Assembly (NCBI GenBank): GCA_038259125.1
Contig: JBBSPC010000001.1
Location: 25,190 to 89,189 of the forward strand
From: Chroococcales cyanobacterium
GTDB taxonomy: Bacteria; Cyanobacteriota; Cyanobacteriia; Cyanobacteriales; Xenococcaceae
Direction of reading: 5' to 3'
DNA: 64,000 bases
Within the stretch, counting starts at the first letter, position 1. Each line of letters begins with the position of its first letter. The notes beneath the pieces were generated by a model. It was not told where the DNA came from. It searched no databases and saw only the letters and a program-made list of their open reading frames with translations. Position numbers and translations under genes: made by a program. Shown here piece after piece: positions 10,420 to 20,837 of the stretch.

Positions 10420-11595
10420 ATGACCGCTGCCGACCAAAGTTTGTTTAACCCTGCTCAATTAATTTTAGAACTTGAGCCAGCTACAGTAGAAGCAGCTTGG
10501 AATCAAAGTCAAAATACTGCTAACCCTAGTAGTCGCTGGCAAAGGTATCTTAATCAGATAGCATTAAACGTCTTTCTGCCTTGGTTACAGACAGAAGAAG
10601 ATGCCACAGCCAAAGCTGGTTTTAATAGGGCTACTCAGGCTGATATTTGGGAAATGGTCAACGGCACGGCAATTAAGCTTAAAGATGCCAAACTAATTTT
10701 AATTCCCACCGAGGCAGAAGATTTAAGTGAATTAAGGGTTGCTCAAGAATGGATTGACATTCCTGGATGGACAGCAGACTATTACTTAGCGGTACAGGTA
10801 AATATTGATGCTGGTTATATTCGCATCTGGGGTTATACAACTCACCAAAAGCTAAAAGAGAACGGCAATTTTAACCAAAGCGATCGCACCTATAGTTTAA
10901 ATGACGATCGATTAATTACCGATATAAATGTTTTATGGGTTGCTAGAGAGTTATGCCCACAAGAAGTTACCCAGGTTGCAGTTGAGCCAATTGCTGCCAT
11001 CCCCCAGATTCAGGCTGAAAACTTAATCGAGCGTTTGGGTAGTCAGTCTCAATTGTTGCCCAGGTTGGCTGTTCCCTTCTCCACTTGGGCAGCTTTGATA
11101 CAAAACAAAAGCTGGTGTCAGAACCTAGCCAGAATTCGTCGCGGTGTCCCTGTCAAAGCTTCAATATTACAATGGTTACAGCAAGGTGTGAGTAGCTTGT
11201 CGGCAGAATTAGGCTGGAGACAGATTAAAATGACTCCAAGTATAGGTGCTAGAGGTGTGGCTACTCCTGAAGCAACTAAAGACGTGCCTATTGTTGGTTT
11301 GGCAAAACAAGTGGCGATCGCAAATCAACCTTATGAATTAAGAATTTTGCCCTTAAGCGAAGCAGGTTCATGGCGTTTTGAACTATGCTGCCTAACCCCT
11401 GGCTGTATGATACCTTCTGGCTTTAAGTTGAAATTGCTTACCGTGGATCTAAAGGAATTTGCAGGTAATGAAGCTCTAGCCACCGAACCTGTAGAACAAC
11501 TGTTTATTGAAGTAGATTTAGAGCCTGGAGAATCTTTGGTTTGCCAAGTAGAACCAACACTCGACAACTATCAAGCAGAAGTTTGGCAGTTTTAG
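10420..11595 (+). CDS. DUF1822 family protein
   Basis: LIPTEAEDLSELRVAQEWIDIP.W.ADYYLAVQV and IWGYTTH resemble DUF1822 from memory; the gene is co-oriented 29 bp after the sigma-like gene. Confidence 0.8.
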   Translation: MTAADQSLFNPAQLILELEPATVEAAWNQSQNTANPSSRWQRYLNQIALNVFLPWLQTEEDATAKAGFNRATQADIWEMVNGTAIKLKDAKLILIPTEAEDLSELRVAQEWIDIPGWTADYYLAVQVNIDAGYIRIWGYTTHQKLKENGNFNQSDRTYSLNDDRLITDINVLWVARELCPQEVTQVAVEPIAAIPQIQAENLIERLGSQSQLLPRLAVPFSTWAALIQNKSWCQNLARIRRGVPVKASILQWLQQGVSSLSAELGWRQIKMTPSIGARGVATPEATKDVPIVGLAKQVAIANQPYELRILPLSEAGSWRFELCCLTPGCMIPSGFKLKLLTVDLKEFAGNEALATEPVEQLFIEVDLEPGESLVCQVEPTLDNYQAEVWQF

Positions 11596-11691
11596 GTAAC
11601 TAATGTTACGTGCTAATTAACCTGTGATGATTGGGTGAAGAGCAAAACTATTTTAAACTGGCTGAAATGTTTTATGCTGATTTTTTTAGTC

Positions 11692-12851
11692 TATACCACA
11701 GTTCTAATATGAAATACGAAAAAGAATGATACAAATAGAAAGAGGAAGAAGTAAGTATTTTAAAGAGAAATGAGCCGAGGATTAAAAATAGAAATTTTAG
11801 AAACAGCGGAGGAACTGAAAGACTTGCTCAGTTTGATTAACAATCAAAAGGTAAAAGAAAGAATCCAGATGTTGTACTGGCTAAAAAGCAAGCAAGTAGA
11901 AAGTGAAAATGCGATCGCCAATCTTACAGGAAAACATAGAACAACAATATCAAGGTGGTTGAGAACCTATCGAACAGGTGGGATAAATGTTGTACTGGCA
12001 AAAGGCAAAAGCACTGGTAGAAGCAGAAAACTTAATTCTCAAATTGAAGAAAGTCTAAAACAAGAACTGCAAGATGAAGAAGGATTCTCCAGCTACAAAG
12101 AAATTCAGACATGGCTGAGAGTAGTTCATGATGTAGAAATGAGCTATACAGGAGTTCATCAATTAGTACGCTATAAACTCAAAGCTAAGTTAAAAACTCC
12201 ACGTCCAGTTCATGTCAAACAAAAAGTGGGAGTAGTCGAAGAGTTTAAAAAAAACTCGGTGAACGTGTCAGACAAATTCTCAACAACAATCAAGACAAAG
12301 TAAAAAAATATCAGCATATTAGATACTGGTGTCAGGATGAAACTAGAATTGGGTTAATTACGCTATGGGCGAGAAAACTGACCGCTAAAGGAGTTCAACC
12401 AGTTGGTTTAGAACAATGGTGCTTCGATTATCTTTGGTTATACGGTTTAGTTGAACCTCGTTCGGGAGAAAGCTTCTTTGCTGAATTTTCTCAAGAGAAA
12501 TGGTGTGTGTTTTCAGCAATACCTTGATTGGTTTTCTCAAGCCTACCCAAATCAATTGCATCTAATTCAGCTTGATAATGGTCGATGGCATATTTGGTCA
12601 GAGCTGGATGTTCCAGACAATGTCATCCTGATTTTTCAGCCTCCTTATTGCTCTCAAGTCAATCCGATTGAACGATTGTGGAAAGAAATTAAAAAGCATA
12701 TTAAATGGGAACTATTTGATAGCCTCGATCGCTTGAGAGAAAAACTGTCTAAAGTGTTGTCTCGACTGACATCATCAACGATCGCATCAATTACAGGATG
12801 GGATTTTATTTTAGACGCTTTATTCGTAGCAAACATTTAAGTATTTCATAT
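11692..12851 (+). mobile_element. IS630-family insertion sequence, degenerate; boundaries approximate
   Basis: HTH ORF plus DDE ORF. An 11-bp inverted repeat ATATGAAATAC (11707-11717) / GTATTTCATAT (12841-12851) is present. The left end may extend to TATACCAC at 11692. Confidence 0.85.
11770..12840 (+). pseudogene. IS630 transposase: -1 slippery A8 site plus a second, disabling indel
   Basis: A -1 shift at TTTAAAAAAAAC (12244-12255) continues as LGERV..YWCQDETRIG..FFAEFSQEKWCVFSAIP* (stop 12525-12527). The remaining LDNG and NPIERLW motifs are in another frame, implying an indel near 12492-12500. Confidence 0.8.
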
Positions 12852-13160
12852 AACTTCGACTTTAATTGTCATTCCCGCTTTAGATATCATTTGTACCAAT
12901 TTATCAATACTAAACCTTTCGATATCTCCATTCATTAAGTTACTCATCCTTGGTTGAGTTTCATTAAAAAAACTAGCAGCTTCTTGTTGCGTCCACTCTC
13001 GTTTTTTTATATATTTTTGCAAATCCAAAATCAAATCTGCTCGGATTTTTAGATTAGCTGCTTCCTCAGGATTGAAACCCAAATCATCAAAAATATTGTC
13101 TTGTCCTTTTACTATTTGATTATTCACTTTAATTTTATCCAAACTGTTTTCTGAATTCAA
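12846..13160 (-). CDS. XRE/HigA-like HTH antitoxin
   Basis: NIFDDLGF..EEAANLKIRADL..WTQQEAA..QPRMSNL..G.IERFSIDKL; overlaps the upstream toxin. Confidence 0.85.
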   Translation of the reverse strand: MNSENSLDKIKVNNQIVKGQDNIFDDLGFNPEEAANLKIRADLILDLQKYIKKREWTQQEAASFFNETQPRMSNLMNGDIERFSIDKLVQMISKAGMTIKVEVI

Positions 13161-13473
13161 TTGCTGTCTGATAACGCTGTTTTCCTATTGCAATATCTTT
13201 TTTAGAAGTTTTTTGTGTTGTTTTACTAAAAGCATGAAGTACATAAACAGCTTCGGCAAATCTAGCAATATAAAAAATGCGATAAGCTTCCCCTGTGTTG
13301 ATTCTAATTTCTTCAACCCCTTTTCCTACACTAGACATCGGTTTAAAATCTGTAGGACCATCGCCTCTTTGTACTGCTCTAAGTTGAAAACCTGCTTTTC
13401 TTCTGGCATCGTGGGGAAATTTAGCAATATCTTGTTTAGAAGCACCAATCCAGTAAATTGGTTTATCAGACAT
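13135..13473 (-). CDS. RelE/ParE-superfamily toxin (Gp49/HigB-like)
   Basis: DFKPMSSVGKGVEEIRI..YRIFYIARFAEAVYVLHAFSKTTQKT; toxin-first order with an HTH antitoxin. Confidence 0.85.
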   Translation of the reverse strand: MSDKPIYWIGASKQDIAKFPHDARRKAGFQLRAVQRGDGPTDFKPMSSVGKGVEEIRINTGEAYRIFYIARFAEAVYVLHAFSKTTQKTSKKDIAIGKQRYQTAIEFRKQFG

Positions 13474-13488
13474 GAAATTATCAGCTAA

Positions 13489-13506
13489 TATACCTTATTT
13501 AGTATA
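13489..13506 (-). promoter_or_regulatory. Putative TA promoter/operator
   Basis: Inverted repeat TATAC-N8-GTATA overlapping a minus-strand TATACT -10-like hexamer, 16 bp before the toxin ATG. Confidence 0.35.
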
Positions 13507-13761
13507 AATTATGAATCTGGATAGTTAAGACGCATTACTCAACTTTAGACATGGATAGCGCGATCGCCCTTTTCTCAAGGAAATATTTTGAATTGATGAG
13601 TAACTATATTCCTAGTCTCCAGTCCCTAATCCCTCGAACAGTTATCTTAAAAACTATGGGTTTCAAATTAGACGCGATTTAGTACAATCATTTGCAGGAA
13701 ATATATTTAACCAAAAAAGAACACATTTTACAAAGCGATCGCTCTACTTGAAGCTGCTATT

Positions 13762-15300
13762 TTAAGAAGCCCTACCAACATGAATATCTCTCACCCTGAC
13801 AGGTACACAAGCATGAGTCATTTGAGCTATCTGCATCGGTTCACCTTTGCCACACATATTTGTGCCACACTGAATTAATTCCGATTCACCACCAAGAGCA
13901 TCAATGCTATTCCAAAAGTCAGTGGTCATACTGTGATAGGTAATGTTTTTGAGCATTCTGGTTACTTTGCCATTTTTCACTTGCCAGAAAGCATCACCTC
14001 CAAACTGAAAGTTACGTCGTTGCTGATCGATAGAATAGCTACCGATACCATCGATTAAAATGCCGTCTTTAGTATCTGCAATCATTTCTTCTAGGGTTGC
14101 AGTATGGCTATCGTCTGGTTTTCCTGGCTCTAGTCCTAAATTGGGAATACGTACCATCGGCGTGCTTGACCAACTATCGGCATAGGCACTACCGTTACTT
14201 CTATCTCGACCTAAACGATAAGCAGTTTCCCTGTCCGTTAAATAGTCATTTAAAATGCCGTCTTTGACTATATACCAACGCTGCGCTGGTACACCCTCAT
14301 CATCATAAGCCATAGTGCTGCGTCCTTGAGGTTGAGTGCGATCGGCAATAAAGTTTACCCAAGGTGCTGCATACTGTAGCTTGTGTAGTTTATCGGTGGT
14401 GGCAAAGCTTGTACCAGCAAAGTTAGCTTCGTAACCATAGACTCGATCCAACTCTGTAGGGTGTCCTACAGATTCGTGAATAGTGAGAAATAAATTACTT
14501 GGTTTTAAAATTAAAGTTGTCTTACCTTCACTGGTTAATTCTGGGGCATAAGCTTTTTCAACTGCCTCATGAGCAACTCGTTCAATGTTGCCTAATAAAT
14601 CTGCTGGATCGATATGTTCATAACCAGTATTTAAAGGCGGGCGTTCATAATTTCTGCTTTTAGCATCTCCATTGGCGATCGCTGTACAGCCCATACCAGG
14701 AAAACTGCGATAAATCGTTTGCTCAATTACTGAACCAACGGTAGAGGCAAATACTTTGTCTTCTTTGCCAAAACTTAAAAAAGAATAGGCTTTTTTGATG
14801 CTTTGTTCTCCATAGCTGAGAAATTTATCGTTAATATTTAACAGCAATTCTGCTTTTTCTGGGATCGGCACTTCAAAGGGATCGATTTGAATCGGCGTAA
14901 TATATTTATCTTGATATGCTTCGACAGGAACTAGCTTGATCGGATTTTGCTGAGTCAGCCGACTGCCTTTGGCGGTTTCGATAGCCAGCTTAACCACCCT
15001 AGTAATTTCTTCTGGAGTCAGGCGATGAGAAGCTACAAAACCCCAGGCACCATCCAATAAGACTCTTACCCCAAAGCCCGAACTAACGTTGTCAGACAAT
15101 CTGCTCAAAGAGCGATCGCGCGCCGATAAGCTTTGTTTACGATAGTGGCAAACACGAATATCGCCATATTCACAACCAGCCTGACGAATTAAGTCTACTG
15201 CCAAAGTAGCTAATACTTTGTTGGTTTGCTGTATGGGGGCTTGTACCATAAAACTATTTATATTCTTATGTATGTGTTGAATTAGCTTTATTGTAAACAA
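13762..15300 (-). CDS. tldD: TldD family metalloprotease
   Basis: HESVGHPTE (HExxxH), GFGVRVL..GAWGF, YDDEGV, GSYSIDQQRRNFQFG and CGKGEPMQ motifs. Confidence 0.85.
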   Translation of the reverse strand: MFTIKLIQHIHKNINSFMVQAPIQQTNKVLATLAVDLIRQAGCEYGDIRVCHYRKQSLSARDRSLSRLSDNVSSGFGVRVLLDGAWGFVASHRLTPEEITRVVKLAIETAKGSRLTQQNPIKLVPVEAYQDKYITPIQIDPFEVPIPEKAELLLNINDKFLSYGEQSIKKAYSFLSFGKEDKVFASTVGSVIEQTIYRSFPGMGCTAIANGDAKSRNYERPPLNTGYEHIDPADLLGNIERVAHEAVEKAYAPELTSEGKTTLILKPSNLFLTIHESVGHPTELDRVYGYEANFAGTSFATTDKLHKLQYAAPWVNFIADRTQPQGRSTMAYDDEGVPAQRWYIVKDGILNDYLTDRETAYRLGRDRSNGSAYADSWSSTPMVRIPNLGLEPGKPDDSHTATLEEMIADTKDGILIDGIGSYSIDQQRRNFQFGGDAFWQVKNGKVTRMLKNITYHSMTTDFWNSIDALGGESELIQCGTNMCGKGEPMQIAQMTHACVPVRVRDIHVGRAS

Positions 15301-15497
15301 AACTCACCGACAAGATTTAATTATCAGAGAATCATGGTTATTTATCAGAGAATTTTCAGCGTTTTTTAAGAATGCTTAGCAATAATTGAAGTAAATAAAA
15401 TTATAGACATTAAAATTAATTTCTCAGAAACTTTGCTATCTGCTTGAGAAATTGACCAACGGTCACCGCATAAAGGCGCACTTATGCGAGAGGTCTA

Positions 15498-16961
15498 ATG
15501 ATATCCTCAGCAATCGGCAGGATAATTTTTTTGCCAATCTTATATATATGGGTAATACCGAGAACAGTGAGAAAACTATTTGATACAAATTCACTAAAAG
15601 TAAGATTGACCGTTGGCATTGCTGCGGTAGCAGCACTAGGATTGGGCAGTTTGGCAGTTTGGACAAGTGCTAAGATGCAGCATATTCTTATCTCGACACA
15701 CAAAGAGAATATGAATTATATTGCTGGTCGTTTTCCGATGGATGTAAAAATATACAGTGAAATGATCCCTTTAGAAACAGGCGCTCAAAGAGCAATTAAT
15801 AGTTTATCTACCAAGGATCAGCTCATCTGGATCGAGAATAATACTACAGGTATAACAGCCAAGTCTCCCGCCTTAAATACGGCAAAAATTGGTGATATTC
15901 TTTTAGCTGTCAAAAATGTTCCTTTAATTCCCACCGTTCAAGACTTGAATGGAAGCTATTGGTTGATGTGTGCTACACCTTTAAAGGTCAAAAATATTAA
16001 TTTAGGCACATTATATTTGGCACATAATATTACTGATGATCTGGTCATGTTTCGGCATTTAATTCGTAGCTTAACCATAGCGACGATAATTGCGATCGCA
16101 GCTATGACCACGATCATTGCCCTGTATATTGACCGTTCAATGCAGCCTCTTAAAAAAGTTAGTCAGCTTACGGCGACAATTTCGGCTGATAAACTAGACC
16201 AGGCTCATCTTAATTTAGAGCAAGCACCGACTGAAGTTAAAGAGCTAGCAGAAACCGTCGATCAGATGTTAGTTAGATTGTCTGAAGCTTGGGAACATCA
16301 ACGAGAATTACTAAGTAACGTTTCCCATGAGTTACGTACTCCCTTGACGATTATTTCTGGCTATATTCAAAGTATTTTAAGACGGGGAGACAACCTATCG
16401 GAAATGCAAACAGAAGCCTTAAAGACTGTTGCCTCTGAAGCCGAACGCACTGTACAGTTATTACAAGATCTATTAGATTTAGCACGGGCTGACAGCGGTA
16501 GGATTCAGTTTCAGTTGGAAAAAATTGTGCTAAATGATCTGATTCAAGAAGTAGTTGGTATGGCACAACAGTACAGCAAAAGAACGATTACAGTTAATTC
16601 CTGTGTCCCAGAAATTGCGATCAAAGCCGACAGTCATCGTTTCAAACAAGTATTGCTAAATCTGATTGATAATGCTGTTAAGTATTCCGATGACCAAACA
16701 CCAATAACCATAGAATTAGATCGGCACAATAATCAAGCAGTTATTCAAGTTTGTGATCGCGGAGTAGGCATTCCCCTACAGCAACAGGGGCGTATTTTTG
16801 AACGTTTTTTCCGCGTAGACGAGTCTCGTAACCGCGCTGGTGGAACAGGATTAGGGTTATCAATTGTCAAAACACTCATCGAAGGAATGGGGGGCAGTAT
16901 TACAGTTCGCTCTCAACTGAATCAAGGCAGTACCTTTATAATTAATTTTTCTTCACCATAA
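15498..16961 (+). CDS. Membrane sensor histidine kinase (2 TM, HAMP, HisKA, HATPase)
   Basis: H-box SHELRTPL, N-box NLIDNAVKYS, DRGVGI, FFRV and GTGLGL. Confidence 0.92.
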   Translation: MISSAIGRIIFLPILYIWVIPRTVRKLFDTNSLKVRLTVGIAAVAALGLGSLAVWTSAKMQHILISTHKENMNYIAGRFPMDVKIYSEMIPLETGAQRAINSLSTKDQLIWIENNTTGITAKSPALNTAKIGDILLAVKNVPLIPTVQDLNGSYWLMCATPLKVKNINLGTLYLAHNITDDLVMFRHLIRSLTIATIIAIAAMTTIIALYIDRSMQPLKKVSQLTATISADKLDQAHLNLEQAPTEVKELAETVDQMLVRLSEAWEHQRELLSNVSHELRTPLTIISGYIQSILRRGDNLSEMQTEALKTVASEAERTVQLLQDLLDLARADSGRIQFQLEKIVLNDLIQEVVGMAQQYSKRTITVNSCVPEIAIKADSHRFKQVLLNLIDNAVKYSDDQTPITIELDRHNNQAVIQVCDRGVGIPLQQQGRIFERFFRVDESRNRAGGTGLGLSIVKTLIEGMGGSITVRSQLNQGSTFIINFSSP

Positions 16962-17010
16962 AAACCCCGTCCATGAGTAGGTAAGTACAAAAGTTTTAAA
17001 CCCTAAAAGA

Positions 17011-17073
17011 TGGGGACTTGGGGACTTGGGGACGAATTTACTACCTGCGTAGTCGCTCCCCGTCACCCCGTCA
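17011..17073. repeat. STRR-like short tandem repeats forming an imperfect hairpin
   Basis: TGGGGACT x3 facing CCCCGTCA x2, intergenic after the kinase. Confidence 0.6.
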
Positions 17074-17276
17074 CAGCAGTTAGATTAAATGTGTAACGTC
17101 AGATGGGTAAGTAGAGTTAATTTATCCCCAAATCCCTTATTTTCATAATTTTGTACGATTGTCGGTAATTACTAACTCATTTAGTATTTCTATCTGCATA
17201 GTTTTTCCTTTAAAATAGTAGAGTTATAATACCTACACCAAAAATATATTGATTTACTGCGGAGTCAACTAAATTT

Positions 17277-17567
17277 ATGAGTTTAATAGTAACTAGTCTT
17301 ATTAAGTTTTTACAAATTTATTACGTATTATTAATTGTCAGAATTTTGCTTTCTTGGTTTCAAACTGCTGAATGGGCAGGACAAATTATTTCTTTCTTGA
17401 GTCCCATTACAGACCCTTACCTCAATATATTTCGCTCAATCATCCCACCCCTTGGCGGGATTGATATCTCGGCAATTTTGGCAATACTTCTCTTGGGGTT
17501 TGTGCAAACTCAGTTGGGAGCGATCGCTGTCAGTTTAGCTAATAGTTCTTATGCTATGGGATTTTAA
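17277..17567 (+). CDS. YggT/Ycf19 family membrane protein
   Basis: LIVRILLSWF..ITDPYLNIFRSIIPPLGGIDISAILA. Confidence 0.9.
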   Translation: MSLIVTSLIKFLQIYYVLLIVRILLSWFQTAEWAGQIISFLSPITDPYLNIFRSIIPPLGGIDISAILAILLLGFVQTQLGAIAVSLANSSYAMGF

Positions 17568-17569
17568 GC

Positions 17570-18031
17570 TTAATTGTCGTACTCAAAATCGTCGTAATAA
17601 TAAGGGCGAACTCTTCCTGCAAATCCAGAAGCTTTAAAATCTTTGAGCTTTAAAGGTGTTGGTTGGTTTGCAGGAACACTGACTCTAATTGCAAAGTCGC
17701 TGACTCCTGGAGGAACTTCTTCTATTGTGCCAACGCGCCCGCGATTTTCATAAGTTAAATTGTCATTGGCATCATAGATACGTCCAAATACATCAGCATC
17801 CACTACGGTTTTACCTGTTATGTTTTTGGCTTTACCTTTAATGGTATAACAAGTAGCTGGTCTAAGATCTCCGCTAGCAACGCTGCCATTGGCATCATCT
17901 CCAGCACAGGGTTCATAAGAAAGATTGGACAGTTTGATCGAAGTCATTGCTTCTGCTGTGGGAGTCACAACCCAGCTACTCAGCCAAAAAAGACTAGAGA
18001 TTAGCAGTATCGCTACAAATCGAAACATCAT
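17570..18031 (-). CDS. Conserved cyanobacterial exported hypothetical protein
   Basis: Signal peptide ending AEA, a Cys pair, and DADVFGRIYDAND / EVPPGVSDFAIRV. Confidence 0.7.
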   Translation of the reverse strand: MMFRFVAILLISSLFWLSSWVVTPTAEAMTSIKLSNLSYEPCAGDDANGSVASGDLRPATCYTIKGKAKNITGKTVVDADVFGRIYDANDNLTYENRGRVGTIEEVPPGVSDFAIRVSVPANQPTPLKLKDFKASGFAGRVRPYYYDDFEYDN

Positions 18032-18155
18032 AAGTAATTCTTGTTTTTGGTAATTCTTCTATTATCTCAGCTTAACTTGAAATACCTATCCAACAAAAGT
18101 TACATCCAGTAATTATTAAATCGAAAAGATAATCAAAAGTTAACCATCGACAAAA

Positions 18156-19085
18156 TTACAATACCTGCGCCCTCAACCAAGCTATAGGTAAAGATAAAGT
18201 TTTCTTGGATTTTGACACAAAAGCTCTTTTGTTAAAAACATCATAATTATTGGCTTCAATTTCATTGAGAATGCCCTGATAAAGCATCAAGGAAGCCCAT
18301 ACTGGTAAGCGAGAATCGCGAATTAGATAGCGAATACCTATTTCTGCTTGCTTATAATACTTTCTAGCGCGCTTAATTTGGAATTTCATTATCGCTTTCC
18401 AACGCTCATCAACTACTCCAGCTAATAGATCTGCCTCTGTATAGTTAAAGGCGTGAAGATCTTCAAGAGGAAGATAAATGCGATCGCGCTGCACATCTTC
18501 CCCAACGTCTCGCAAAATATTAGTTAGCTGCATTGCCATCCCTAGAGAGATAGATTCTTGGGTTGGTATGTAGATGGGCTTTTCTCTTTCCCAAGGGACA
18601 CCATTAGCATCTGCCCCAATACCTAATACCGCATTGGACATTAAGCCTACTGTACCCGCAACGCGATAACAGTATAGTTGAAGTTCTTCAAAGGTTTGAT
18701 AGCGGTTTTTGACTAAATCCATTTGTTGACCCGCAATCATGTCTCGAAAAGGCTGGATGTCCATAGGATAATGCTGAATGGTATCAACTAGGGCAACATC
18801 CGTATCATCTAAGGGATATCCTGCAAAGATGGATTCTAGCTGTTGTTCCCATTCTGCCAAGGTTTCGTTAGTAGTGAATTGTGCTTTAGCACCGTCTACT
18901 AGCTCATCTGTCAGACGACACCAAGCATAGATTGCCCAGATAGCTTTACTTTTGTCTTTTGGCATCAGTAGAGTACCAAGGTAAAAAGTTTTGGCATATT
19001 CTGCCGTGATTTGGCGACAGAGTTCATAAGCCTCATCTACCGAGACTAGATTTTTTTTTGTTTTTGTTTTTGGTAATTGCAACAT
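18156..19085 (-). CDS. crtB: Phytoene synthase
   Basis: YAKTFYLGT, DELVD, YCYRVAGTVG, QLTNILRDVGED; follows crtP. Confidence 0.96.
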   Translation of the reverse strand: MLQLPKTKTKKNLVSVDEAYELCRQITAEYAKTFYLGTLLMPKDKSKAIWAIYAWCRLTDELVDGAKAQFTTNETLAEWEQQLESIFAGYPLDDTDVALVDTIQHYPMDIQPFRDMIAGQQMDLVKNRYQTFEELQLYCYRVAGTVGLMSNAVLGIGADANGVPWEREKPIYIPTQESISLGMAMQLTNILRDVGEDVQRDRIYLPLEDLHAFNYTEADLLAGVVDERWKAIMKFQIKRARKYYKQAEIGIRYLIRDSRLPVWASLMLYQGILNEIEANNYDVFNKRAFVSKSKKTLSLPIAWLRAQVL

Positions 19086-19212
19086 TCACAAAGCAAGCAG
19101 ATGTACTATCTTTGATTTGGCAGGAATTAAGGTTATATACGTTTGTTACCCCAGCCATTTAGCATTGTCTCATCCTATTAGCTACTAAGGACAAATCACA
19201 AGCAACAAATAT

Positions 19213-20631
<1,419 letters not shown>

Positions 20632-20720
20632 TTAAATATATCAATCTCAAATAACGGTTTGTACTTTTTAAGTCACTCAGTAAATCTGGGTGATTTTGTG
20701 ACCTAGTTTGATTATTATAC

Positions 20721-20738
20721 TTTGCAATTCGTTACATT
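20721..20738. promoter_or_regulatory. HLR1-like (RpaB-type) direct repeat upstream of crtP
   Basis: TTTGCAAT-TC-GTTACATT matches KTTACAWW-N2-KTTACAWW with one mismatch, 90 bp upstream of crtP. Confidence 0.4.
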
Positions 20739-20837
20739 TGCTCAAATCAGCGAATAATTATCAGCATTCGTTAGTAGTGACTAGTTAGCATGGCTAAGTT
20801 TTTTCAGATAAGAAACAAACGATTGCTACTTAAAAAA

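Noticed and set aside
11612-11691. Possible end of a second IS left of the IS630
   Set aside because: There is no matching inverted repeat or transposase remnant; only a short TAATTAACCTGT match to ~2175.
12451-12840. Independent 129-aa gene
   Set aside because: It is the out-of-frame tail of the IS630 transposase; its first ~16 residues are spurious.
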